Origin: a virus
Taxonomy: Duplodnaviria > Caudoviricetes
Direction: 5' to 3' (one strand)
IMG/VR virus record: IMGVR_UViG_3300032138_000524
Location: 1 to 64,000 of that record
DNA: 64,000 nt
Below, piece by piece: positions 40,450-48,869 of this stretch (the stretch's first letter is position 1; each line of letters starts with the position of its first letter). The notes under the pieces are model-generated. The model searched no databases and was not told the origin of the DNA. It saw only the letters and a program-made list of their open reading frames with translations. The translations under genes and the position numbers were made by a program.

Positions 40450-41357
40450 ATGGGTGGATATTATATAAAAATAAAATAGAAGAATCATATGAAACTCAAA
40501 AACTTGTCGATGAATTTGAAAAACAAGACATCAGGATTCGTGTAGTTAATCCACAAGATGTAGATATTTTTGTGGATAGAGATGACAGAAAAAGTATTTT
40601 AGTTGCTGGTAAATCAAGACCATTACCTGATTTTGTGATACCACGAACAGGTAGTGGAACGACTTACTTTATAAAGGCAATTATTAGACACTTAGAGAGA
40701 TTGGGAGTGATACTTATTAATGGAAGTAATTCCATAGATACAGTTAAAGATAAGTTATACACTCAACAGATTTTAGGTGAATCAAATCTTCCAGTACCAA
40801 AAACACTTTTAGTAAGACATCCAATTAATGTGGAGTTTGTTGAGAATAACATAGGATATCCATCAATTATTAAAACATTAAGTGGTTCATTTGGAGCAGG
40901 TGTATTTTTGTGTGAGAATAGAAAACAATTACAACAACTATTAAAGATGGCTGAGATAACGAAACCAAGTTATAATATTATTATTCAAGAGTTTATTAAA
41001 GAATCACATGGTAAAGATTTAAGAGTGTTAGTGGTAAATGGTAAAGTAGTTGGATGTATGATGAGACAATCAGTAGATGATGATTTTAGAGCAAACATAA
41101 CTCGTGGTGGTGAGGGAATTCCTTATCAAATTGATGATGAGATAGAATGGTTGGGTGGTGAATCATCAAGGTTACTTAATTTAGATATTGCTGGTGTTGA
41201 TTTATTGTTTGATAAAGAGGGTTATAGAATTTGTGAAGTAAATTCATCTCCTGGGTTTGAGGGTATGGATAAGTATTGTAAAACAAATGTTGCAGAACAA
41301 ATTGTTACTTATGTAAAACATAAGATAGGTTATAGTGATAGTAGAAACGAAACTTGA
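40446..41357 (+). CDS. rimK: RimK-family ATP-grasp ligase
   Basis: DKLYTQQIL...LPVPKT, IIKTLSGSFGAGV, IIQEFI, DLRVLVV, FRANITRGG, AGVDLL, EVNSSPGFEG. Confidence 0.85.
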   Translation: MNGWILYKNKIEESYETQKLVDEFEKQDIRIRVVNPQDVDIFVDRDDRKSILVAGKSRPLPDFVIPRTGSGTTYFIKAIIRHLERLGVILINGSNSIDTVKDKLYTQQILGESNLPVPKTLLVRHPINVEFVENNIGYPSIIKTLSGSFGAGVFLCENRKQLQQLLKMAEITKPSYNIIIQEFIKESHGKDLRVLVVNGKVVGCMMRQSVDDDFRANITRGGEGIPYQIDDEIEWLGGESSRLLNLDIAGVDLLFDKEGYRICEVNSSPGFEGMDKYCKTNVAEQIVTYVKHKIGYSDSRNET

Positions 41358-42618
41358 GTTTGATAGTTTTTTAGAAAAGTATCAAGATTCGAGTTGTATT
41401 TTAATTCCAATTTTATGTGATGTGAATAAACATCCACTTGAGAATTCTTTGTGCTTACTTTATGTTAAATTGTTGGCTCTAAACGATAGTGGTGAATATC
41501 TTTTACCGTTTAATCATAGTGAAGCGATTAATCTTGATGTATCATATCTTGACAAGTTAAATTCAGACTATAAGAAATATATCTATAATAAAAAAGAATT
41601 TAATCATATTGTTAAATGGAAAAATGTTATAGATATAAATTTTCAACATTATATGGAATACAATGAACCATTATATATTGAAGATATAACTACAAATACA
41701 CACGATTATTTTAATAGAAAATATTATAAATTAAATAGAGTAAATTGTGTAATTCCTATATTGAAACATTTGGAATTGTGTAGAAAATTATCCAATGAAT
41801 TTCAGAAACATATTGATTTACCAGTTCATCAAGAATACAATGATAATATAATTGATAACTTAACATATTTAGAATCTTCAGGATTAAGATGTGATAAAGA
41901 TATAGTTTATAGTGAATATAATCCCTATACATCAACGGGTAGACCAAGTAATAGGTTCGGTGGAATTAATTTTGCAGCACTAAATAAAACAGATGGATCA
42001 CGAAAACCATTTCAGAGTAGATTTGAAAACGGAATGTTAGTAGAGTTTGATTATGATGCATATCACTTACGATTGATAGGTGAAGTGGTAGATTATAAAT
42101 TTCCTGAAGGTTCAGTTCATAAACATATGGCAAGGTTTTACGGTGACGTTACCTATGGTGAGTCGAAAAATCAGTCTTTTCAGTATCTTTATGGTCATAT
42201 TCCAATAGATGTAGTTCAAATCAATCCATTTTTTGGTAAAGTTCACGATTATATTAATAAAATTTGGAGTGAATATAAACAAGGAGATTTTATAACTTCT
42301 AATATTTATAATAAGAAGATATTTAGGAAAAACTTATCTGAAATGAATAGGAATAAGCTATTTAACTATATGATACAGTTGATGGAAACAGAAAACAATA
42401 TGAAAATGTTAAGTAATTTGATTCCTACTTTAGAATCATACAATAGTAGATTGATTTTGTATAGTTATGATTCATTTTTGTTTGACTTTAACTTAGACGA
42501 TGGAGTAGACTTTTTGAAAAAAATTAAAAAGATTATTGAGAGTAACGGGTTATTTCCCACTAAAACAAGTAAGGGGACAAACTATCATGAAATGGAAGAT
42601 ATCACAGAGAAATTATGA
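41335..42618 (+). CDS. DNA polymerase A-like protein (polymerase-domain fragment)
   Basis: TSTGRPS, EFDYDAYHLRLI (motif A-like), K..SFQYLYG (motif B-like), YSYDSFLFD (motif C-like); only 427 aa. Confidence 0.7.
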   Translation: MIVETKLEFDSFLEKYQDSSCILIPILCDVNKHPLENSLCLLYVKLLALNDSGEYLLPFNHSEAINLDVSYLDKLNSDYKKYIYNKKEFNHIVKWKNVIDINFQHYMEYNEPLYIEDITTNTHDYFNRKYYKLNRVNCVIPILKHLELCRKLSNEFQKHIDLPVHQEYNDNIIDNLTYLESSGLRCDKDIVYSEYNPYTSTGRPSNRFGGINFAALNKTDGSRKPFQSRFENGMLVEFDYDAYHLRLIGEVVDYKFPEGSVHKHMARFYGDVTYGESKNQSFQYLYGHIPIDVVQINPFFGKVHDYINKIWSEYKQGDFITSNIYNKKIFRKNLSEMNRNKLFNYMIQLMETENNMKMLSNLIPTLESYNSRLILYSYDSFLFDFNLDDGVDFLKKIKKIIESNGLFPTKTSKGTNYHEMEDITEKL

Positions 42619-44978
42619 ACGATTGGGATAAAATATTAGACGATTTTGCACGTAAGTGTAAAGGTGGTGCACCAGATATGACCAACCCACGTCATCTTGC
42701 ATTACTCAGAGAATCACTAATAAAGTTCGGTTGGAAAGAGTTTGCTACGAATGAGTTTATTGGTAATTTGAGAGAAGGGGAAGATATAAAAATAGTAAAG
42801 GCAGATACAGTTGCACAGGCAAAAGCTTTAGCAAAAAAAGGACAATATTGGAGTGGAAATCACAAGGGAGCTAAAGTATATGGACCAAAGGGTGGTAAAA
42901 AAGATGAAAAAGGTGAAGATGAAGAAGATCAAAGAATAGGATGGAATACTAATTCTAATGTAACTTCAATAGATATAGATGTTCTGGATGGTGAAGCTAA
43001 AAAAGGTGGTATGGATAAAAAGGTAAAGGCACCTGGTAATGATACATCAACAGTAAATGAAATAGGTGTTGGATATGCTATGGCTTGTATGGATGAATCA
43101 CCGAAAGATGTAAAAGGTTGTTTAGATGAGAAATTAAATGATTCTAAATTAGGTTTGAAAACATCAACTCCGAAAAGAGAATTAATTATTCAATCTGCTA
43201 GAGCTGAAAGAAAAAGGGTTGATGACTATATAAAAAATCCTGAAAATGGGTTATCTGAAGATACAAAAGTTTCCCATGTTTGGGGCTCAAAAGAATCTTT
43301 ATCATCTACTGTTGATAAATTAGGTGGCCAAGGTGTAACAGAAATTAATGGAATACCATTTAATCCAAAGGCCGAATTATATGATATAAATTCTGCTGGT
43401 GAAAAAGTTCCAAAACCTGTTGTAATAGATCCAAAAACAGGTAAACCAACCAACTATGCTTCAGTTATTTTAAATGGTGGTGGTGGAGATGATCCAACAG
43501 ATACAACAGTTGTATTGGTTGATCCTGAAACTAAAAAATGTGTAATATTACACACATCCAATAAAACAACATCACAAGATATTCAAGGGAATGGTTCACC
43601 ACATGAAGAATTAGAATCTATTGGTGAAAATACGAAGAAGAAATTAAAAGTTGAAGATAATAGAACTGCAGTTGATGCAGCACAAAAGGATACACAAAAT
43701 ACAATAACAAATGCTAGAAAAAAACAAAAAGAATATGTTAATGGACAATCCAGAAAATTAAATGCTTATGCTAAGAATGAAAAAGCTCAGAAATATATGT
43801 TAGATAGATTGTTAGGTGACGAAGATAGTGATCCACGTGGTATATCAGATACAAAAGGTAAATATTGGAAATCAGTTCAAACTCATCCAGCAGTTAAAGC
43901 TTATATGAAAAAGAGGTTTGGTAAAGATTGGAAGATAGCTATGGATGATCCTGGAAATGCTATATTTGGAAAAGATGGTACTACTGGATCTGGTGGTCAT
44001 ATGGAAGATGATATAAGAATGGAAATGTTGAAAGTATATGGAAATGCCTTAGAAAATCCACGAAAAGTAAAAGACAAAGATCCCAGTTCTGATACATATG
44101 GACAAGAGATAGATGAACCATTAAGAGATGCTGATGTTCAGATTATATCAAGAATGTTCGGTGAAACAAGAATGAATGTTATGAACGAAGATGGACCACC
44201 ACCGACTGTTAAGAAACAGAAAAATAAAGATGGTTCTGAAATAAATGTAACAAAAAAAGTTCATGGTGAAGAACATATGACAGGAAAAAAAATTCCAGAT
44301 GATGAAAATAAATTTTCTAATAAAAGATTAAAAGAGTTTTATTCACAACAAACTGAAGCTATAAATGATAATAGATTAAAATTAAATGAAATAGGTGAAA
44401 GAGAAGGTAATCCTAAACTTGGAGATCAACAGCACACACAAAGAATGATTGATAGATTACATTTAAATATTGCTGGTGAAGATCCACATAATCCCGGTGG
44501 TATTCCAGCGGAAAACTTCCAATTAAATATGGGTGTATTAAACAATAAAGCCGCAATTAGAAAAGATAAAGATGGTAATTTTGTATCTAAGAGAAAAGGT
44601 GGTTATTATAAAATGGATGAAACTGGGGAATGGACTGTTGGTCCAATAACGGATAATGATGGGAAACCACTTAAAAAGAATGACTTTGAAGATAATGATT
44701 GTGCTGTTATAGCTGATGGTAAATCACATAGGTCGTGTTTAGGTTTGAAAGAAGGTGAAGAAGTTATTGATGGGTTTAATGTTAAAAAAGGAATAATTAA
44801 AGAAAGTGGTGAATCTTTAGTTGCTATTATATATGATAAGAATGACCAACCTGTTGCTATACAAACTTGTAGGTCAAAATCTGGTCCTGGTGGTGCAGTA
44901 AATGATACGTTACATTGGTCAAAGGATTACCAAAAATGTTTAGCTGAACATACAATATCAAGTGGTAGGTGTGGTTAA
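42615..44978 (+). CDS. Large hypothetical protein
   Basis: 787 aa, Lys/Asp/Gly-rich; weak PD-(D/E)xK-like pattern DPTDTTVV...HTSNK. Confidence 0.55.
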   Translation: MNDWDKILDDFARKCKGGAPDMTNPRHLALLRESLIKFGWKEFATNEFIGNLREGEDIKIVKADTVAQAKALAKKGQYWSGNHKGAKVYGPKGGKKDEKGEDEEDQRIGWNTNSNVTSIDIDVLDGEAKKGGMDKKVKAPGNDTSTVNEIGVGYAMACMDESPKDVKGCLDEKLNDSKLGLKTSTPKRELIIQSARAERKRVDDYIKNPENGLSEDTKVSHVWGSKESLSSTVDKLGGQGVTEINGIPFNPKAELYDINSAGEKVPKPVVIDPKTGKPTNYASVILNGGGGDDPTDTTVVLVDPETKKCVILHTSNKTTSQDIQGNGSPHEELESIGENTKKKLKVEDNRTAVDAAQKDTQNTITNARKKQKEYVNGQSRKLNAYAKNEKAQKYMLDRLLGDEDSDPRGISDTKGKYWKSVQTHPAVKAYMKKRFGKDWKIAMDDPGNAIFGKDGTTGSGGHMEDDIRMEMLKVYGNALENPRKVKDKDPSSDTYGQEIDEPLRDADVQIISRMFGETRMNVMNEDGPPPTVKKQKNKDGSEINVTKKVHGEEHMTGKKIPDDENKFSNKRLKEFYSQQTEAINDNRLKLNEIGEREGNPKLGDQQHTQRMIDRLHLNIAGEDPHNPGGIPAENFQLNMGVLNNKAAIRKDKDGNFVSKRKGGYYKMDETGEWTVGPITDNDGKPLKKNDFEDNDCAVIADGKSHRSCLGLKEGEEVIDGFNVKKGIIKESGESLVAIIYDKNDQPVAIQTCRSKSGPGGAVNDTLHWSKDYQKCLAEHTISSGRCG

Positions 44979-45409
44979 TGAAAACTCAACTACTCTGCAC
45001 ATTCACTAAACGAAATAGACTCTACGATACAATAGGGCTAATCATTGAATGCCACGATATAGTTTTCAATAAGATTTATGTATTTGCAAATGAAGATGAC
45101 CATCATCAGTTAATTTGTACTTACAACATTCCACAAAACCAAGATAATTTCATAGAGGGTATTGATACGATAGCATTACATCGAAAGAAACAGACCAACA
45201 CACTTTATACCATTAATTCATTAAATGAAATCATTAGAGAAAAGAATCAAGGAGTTTTAGATAAAACATTTCCCGTTCCTTGGGAAGAATATCAAAATAC
45301 TTTGTTATTAGTAAATGATGAAGGATTAAATCAAATCCATACACGAATTTATACTATCGTAAATGTAGATACTTGGGAGAATGACCAAAAATTAAGAGAT
45401 GAATTATAG
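44978..45409 (+). CDS. Hypothetical phage protein
   Basis: TAATG coupling to the previous gene; MKTQLLCTFT...TIALHRKKQTNTLYTINSLN. Confidence 0.6.
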   Translation: MKTQLLCTFTKRNRLYDTIGLIIECHDIVFNKIYVFANEDDHHQLICTYNIPQNQDNFIEGIDTIALHRKKQTNTLYTINSLNEIIREKNQGVLDKTFPVPWEEYQNTLLLVNDEGLNQIHTRIYTIVNVDTWENDQKLRDEL

Positions 45410-46235
45410 GTTTTACTATCCAGAATGGAATAATCGTAAAGAAGTCTGTAAAGACTACCCACAAATAAAAGAAATAACACGAGAACCAACAGCTTTTTGG
45501 TATGGAGTTGGGCCAAAGAGAACCATCCGAAAAACCAAAAAATCAATCCAAAGACTATTAAAACGGGCAGACCCGTATTTACCTATATTAGTTGTATATT
45601 CAATTCCATACAGAGATTTAGGACATCATTCAAAAGGTGGTGCAGAAAGTGATAAAGAGTATTTAAAGTTTATTAGTGAATTCTGTGACGCAATAGGTGA
45701 TAGAAGTCCTATTGTGATATACGAACCAGATTGTATTCCACATATGGAAGATATGGGAGTGGTAGATGGATTAAAACGATTATCTTTGATAAAGAAATCA
45801 GTTGAAATGTTGAGTAGGACAAATTCGTTGGTTTATCTTGATATCGGACATCCAACATGGTTATCAGTCCCAAAAGCTGTCTCATATCTAAGAATGTGTG
45901 ATATACACAAAGTTAGGGGGTTTAGTATCAATACAAGTAACTATTATGCTACAACTACCTGTTATAAGTATGGAAAGACTATAAGTAAGAGATTAGATGG
46001 TAAACATTTCGTAATCGACACGTCAAGAAATGGTAATGGAGCTAATAAAGAACATTTTAATCCATATGGAAGGTCAGTTGGACAGTATCCAACTACTCAA
46101 ACTTGTGATGATATAGTAGATGCATACCTTTGGATTAAAATACCAGGTGAAAGTGATGGAAAAGTGAATGGAGGACCTAAAGCAGGTCGTTTTTCACACA
46201 ATTTAGCGTTAGATTTGATACATAATCGGAAATAG
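45399..46235 (+). CDS. Glycoside hydrolase family 6 (cellulase-like)
   Basis: PTAFW, LVVYSIPYRD, IYEPD, YLDIGH..WL, RGFSINTSNY, HFVIDTSRNGNG, DAYLWIKIPGESDG. Confidence 0.88.
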   Translation: MNYRFYYPEWNNRKEVCKDYPQIKEITREPTAFWYGVGPKRTIRKTKKSIQRLLKRADPYLPILVVYSIPYRDLGHHSKGGAESDKEYLKFISEFCDAIGDRSPIVIYEPDCIPHMEDMGVVDGLKRLSLIKKSVEMLSRTNSLVYLDIGHPTWLSVPKAVSYLRMCDIHKVRGFSINTSNYYATTTCYKYGKTISKRLDGKHFVIDTSRNGNGANKEHFNPYGRSVGQYPTTQTCDDIVDAYLWIKIPGESDGKVNGGPKAGRFSHNLALDLIHNRK

Positions 46236-46264
46236 TTTATATTTATTACTGAAAGGAGATTCTT

Positions 46265-46582
46265 ATGAAAAAGATGATATTACTACTTGCATTGATAATT
46301 CCTTTATCAGCTCAAGATAGTACAAAAACAAAAGAGTCCAAAGGTCAGAAAGTTGTTCGACATTTACAAGATGGTGAATGGAGAAAATTTGAAGCCGCCC
46401 ACCGTAGAGCACATTCCAAACGCGGACAACCACAAACTTATATTAGAGAATCTAAAAAACACAATTGGAAACGAACTATTAGTTATGTAGTAGTTGGTGG
46501 ACTTGGATATTACATTGGTACTTTGGAACATAAAGATAAACATGGTATGAAACGTAGACCATATATGGGGGATAGAAAATAA
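46265..46582 (+). CDS. Secreted/membrane protein with signal peptide
   Basis: MKKMILLLALIIPLSA signal peptide; C-terminal hydrophobic segment; AAGGAG RBS; ATATTTAT at 46239. Confidence 0.6.
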   Translation: MKKMILLLALIIPLSAQDSTKTKESKGQKVVRHLQDGEWRKFEAAHRRAHSKRGQPQTYIRESKKHNWKRTISYVVVGGLGYYIGTLEHKDKHGMKRRPYMGDRK

Positions 46583-46671
46583 TGGAATGGAATCAAATAA
46601 TTTCGTTAAGTATATTTTTGATATTAGTTGTGGTTGAATATATTAGACCAGGGACTATTACTTCAAAATGA
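46582..46671 (+). CDS. 29-aa single-TM peptide (not in ORF track)
   Basis: MEWNQIISLSIFLILVVVEYIRPGTITSK; coupled to the upstream gene by TAATG and to the downstream gene by ATGA. Confidence 0.5.
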   Translation: MEWNQIISLSIFLILVVVEYIRPGTITSK

Positions 46672-47225
46672 AACTTAAAAACATATTACTGAGTTGTGTA
46701 TTCATCTTTGGGAGCTTGTCTCTATCGGGGTGTTATACACAGCTCTCTATGTTTCATCCTGACCCAGAAGGTGAAGAAGAACAATTTTATCCTTATTCAG
46801 TAGCAAGAGTAAGACCAAATCTTTCTCTGTATGCAAATGATGGAGCAGGAACATCATTGAGTATGGCATATCAAATGATGTATAATAGGTTTAGTGGGTT
46901 TATGGGAAACAGATACAGTTATTATAACCCATATTATTATGGTGGATATTATAATGATTTTATTACCATTCAAGGTGGAACATATTCGGTTTGGATTCCA
47001 GGTATTAAAGAACATAAACCAAGACTTTGGACAACAGATAGAGATGGTAATACAAATTATCCCAATACACCAAAAACTAAATTAAGAGTTACGAGAACAC
47101 GGACTAATACTACTAATAGAGTATCCGACCCGTATCCAGTACAAGATACACCACGACAAGATACTTTTAATAGTCAAAGACCAAATAACTCATCAGGTGG
47201 AACAAGAGCAACACGAAGAAATTAA
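46668..47225 (+). CDS. Predicted lipoprotein
   Basis: Signal peptide with lipobox LSGC followed by YTQL; Tyr-rich middle and Arg/Thr/Asn-rich tail. Confidence 0.65.
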   Translation: MKLKNILLSCVFIFGSLSLSGCYTQLSMFHPDPEGEEEQFYPYSVARVRPNLSLYANDGAGTSLSMAYQMMYNRFSGFMGNRYSYYNPYYYGGYYNDFITIQGGTYSVWIPGIKEHKPRLWTTDRDGNTNYPNTPKTKLRVTRTRTNTTNRVSDPYPVQDTPRQDTFNSQRPNNSSGGTRATRRN

Positions 47226-47254
47226 AAAAAACTTAAAAAAAGTGAAAAAAAGCC

Positions 47255-47283
47255 TTGACTTTCTCGTTTTTTTGTCGTAAGAT
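47255..47283 (+). promoter_or_regulatory. Sigma70-type (early) promoter 1
   Basis: TTGACT-N17-TAAGAT with an upstream A-tract; near-identical to copies at 47824 and 48146. Confidence 0.8.
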
Positions 47284-47288
47284 CAAGT

Positions 47289-47636
47289 ATGGAAAAAAGG
47301 GAAAATATAATGGTTTTAGAAAAAAACATTAAAAGTGGTGTTACTAAGTTTATGGAACACCTTAACAATACTATGGATAAACCTAATGGTTATGAGTATG
47401 AATTAAATACTCGTGGGAGTAAGTATTTCAAAGTTGAAATGAAATCTCACGGAAGTCGTTCTGTTTATTGTTTTATTGAAAAATCAACGGGAAACATTCT
47501 TAAATCAGCAGGTTGGAGAGCACCAGCTAAAGGTTCTCGTGGTTCAGTTCTTGTTGTAGATTCATACAAACATTCTGATTGGAGTGGTGGATGGTTATAC
47601 AAGATTTTTGGAAATGTTTATAATACAATAGGTTAG
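47289..47636 (+). CDS. Hypothetical early protein (start may be ATG 47310)
   Basis: Downstream of promoter 1; KYFKV...SVYCFIEKSTGNILKSAGWRAPAK motif. Confidence 0.6.
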   Translation: MEKRENIMVLEKNIKSGVTKFMEHLNNTMDKPNGYEYELNTRGSKYFKVEMKSHGSRSVYCFIEKSTGNILKSAGWRAPAKGSRGSVLVVDSYKHSDWSGGWLYKIFGNVYNTIG

Positions 47637-47638
47637 TT

Positions 47639-47827
47639 ATGAAATTTAAAGAAATAATCAGTAAATTAGAAGAAATAGAAGGTAGTTTAGATGACGCTTT
47701 CTATTCTTTACCAGAGTATAACGCAAATACTGATTCAAGGGATTATATAGATTCCGCACGAAGTGAGTTATATTCTTTAAAAGAAGATATTGAAAAAAAA
47801 CTTAAAAAAAGTGAAAATAAAGCTTGA
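47639..47827 (+). CDS. Small helical hypothetical protein
   Basis: 62 aa; its 3' end overlaps the repeated promoter 2 sequence. Confidence 0.5.
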   Translation: MKFKEIISKLEEIEGSLDDAFYSLPEYNANTDSRDYIDSARSELYSLKEDIEKKLKKSENKA

Positions 47828-47852
47828 CTTTATCATTTTTTTGTCGTAAGAT
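47824..47852 (+). promoter_or_regulatory. Sigma70-type (early) promoter 2
   Basis: TTGACT-N17-TAAGAT, followed by CAAGTA as in promoter 1. Confidence 0.8.
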
Positions 47853-47879
47853 CAAGTAACAAATAGAGAGAGTAAATAA

Positions 47880-48128
47880 ATGTTAAACATAAAAAACGAA
47901 ATCAGAAAATTAGATAGTCTTTCAGAGTTGAATGAACTATCAGCATTTATCAATGATTGTAAAGTGATGTTAGGTAGAATGTCATTTTCTGTTGGGGATA
48001 AAGTTTATGTAGTCCAAAAGACTAAGAAAACCGAAGGTAGGATTACTAAAGTCAACAAAGTTAAATGTGTTGTTGATATGAGAGGTCGGTTATACAATGT
48101 TCCAATGTCAATGTTGGAGATGAGGTAA
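47880..48128 (+). CDS. Small hypothetical protein with an SH3/KOW-like C-terminus
   Basis: FSVGDKVYV...EGRITKVNKVKCVV...YNVPMSML. Confidence 0.55.
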   Translation: MLNIKNEIRKLDSLSELNELSAFINDCKVMLGRMSFSVGDKVYVVQKTKKTEGRITKVNKVKCVVDMRGRLYNVPMSMLEMR

Positions 48129-48145
48129 AAAAGTCAAAAAAAGCC

Positions 48146-48174
48146 TTGACTTTTACAAATTTTATTCGTAAGAT
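48146..48174 (+). promoter_or_regulatory. Sigma70-type (early) promoter 3
   Basis: TTGACT-N17-TAAGAT; followed only by an 8-codon ORF and structured non-coding sequence. Confidence 0.75.
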
Positions 48175-48180
48175 CAATAG

Positions 48181-48434
48181 TAATGAGAGAGATATGGAAA
48201 TACTAAAAATACTTGTTTAACCCCGTTTGATTAGGTTCATATAAAAGTGTCTAAGGGGAGTTTAAGACACACGAGAGAAAAAAAAATTCGTGGTTTCGTC
48301 CTTTCTACGATAATTTGAAAGGGTGGTGGGTTTGAGAGTGACTACCTATTTGGAACTCTCAAAAATTTTGGGGAATAGATAGTTAGACTATACCGCTGGA
48401 CTCGTTTGAGGACTCTGGATTCCCCAATTTTTTT
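48181..48434 (+). ncRNA. Candidate ~250-nt multi-hairpin non-coding RNA
   Basis: Stems GTGTCT/AGACAC, CACGA/TCGTG, CCTTTC/GAAAGG, TTTGAGAGT/ACTCTCAAA, TTGGGGAAT/ATTCCCCAA, ending in T7; promoter 3 upstream. Confidence 0.45.
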
Positions 48435-48451
48435 AGCTATAAAAGATAGTG

Positions 48452-48600
48452 TTTGAGAAATTTATGAGATATATATATTAAATGGTGGTGAGGTTTTTTT
48501 ACATATACCCGATAATTTTTAATTATCTAAAACTCACCACTTTTTTTAAAAAAAGCGAAGAAAAAAGACGTTTTGAGAAATTTGGAGTATATATATAATA
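48452..48600 (+). promoter_or_regulatory. Two copies of a TTTGAGAAATTT-N-ATATATAT promoter-like motif (48452 and 48572)
   Basis: tttgagaaatttatgagatatatatatt and tttgagaaatttggagtatatatataat; each directly precedes a candidate small RNA. Confidence 0.5.
48484..48547 (+). ncRNA. Candidate ~64-nt small RNA (paired ends, oligo-U tail) or strong terminator
   Basis: GTGGTGAG(G)TTTT pairs with AAAACTCACCAC; inner GATAATT/AATTATC hairpin; T7 tail. Confidence 0.45.
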
Positions 48601-48624
48601 TACGATTAAAATTAAAGAATTAAA

Positions 48625-48788
48625 TTTTGTGGGTCGGAGTTGTAAGATTACCATACGAGAAGAGAAAGACGGTTTTATCCCGTCTTAAATGGTTGACCGA
48701 ATTCCAGTATAAAAAAAGTTGGAGTGGTTTTCTTGTTTCCATTTGACAAAAAGAACAATACCTCTTATGACATGATTTACCTACAAAA
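48625..48788 (+). ncRNA. Y-RNA-like ncRNA 1 (~164 nt)
   Basis: Ends pair (TTTTGTGGGT/ACCTACAAAA), internal loop CGGA/ATGATTT, second helix GTTGTAAGA/TCTTATGAC, multi-hairpin interior; upstream of Ro60. Confidence 0.65.
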
Positions 48789-48799
48789 AATATTAAAAT

Positions 48800-48869
48800 T
48801 TCGGGTCGGAGTTGATGGATTATCATTATACCAGACAATAAAGACTCCATTAGCAATAATTTATCCGAA
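48800..48869 (+). ncRNA. Y-RNA-like ncRNA 2 (~70 nt)
   Basis: TTCGGGT/ATCCGAA, internal loop CGGA/AATAATTT, helix GTTGATGGA/TCCATTAGC; shares GGGTCGGAGTTGnnnGATTAYCAT with RNA 1; 41 nt upstream of the Ro60 start. Confidence 0.65.

Noticed and set aside
48620-48856. 78-aa minus-strand ORF over the Y-like RNAs
   Set aside because: Opposes the uniform gene orientation and has no recognisable features; the G-U pairs in the stems only work on the + strand.
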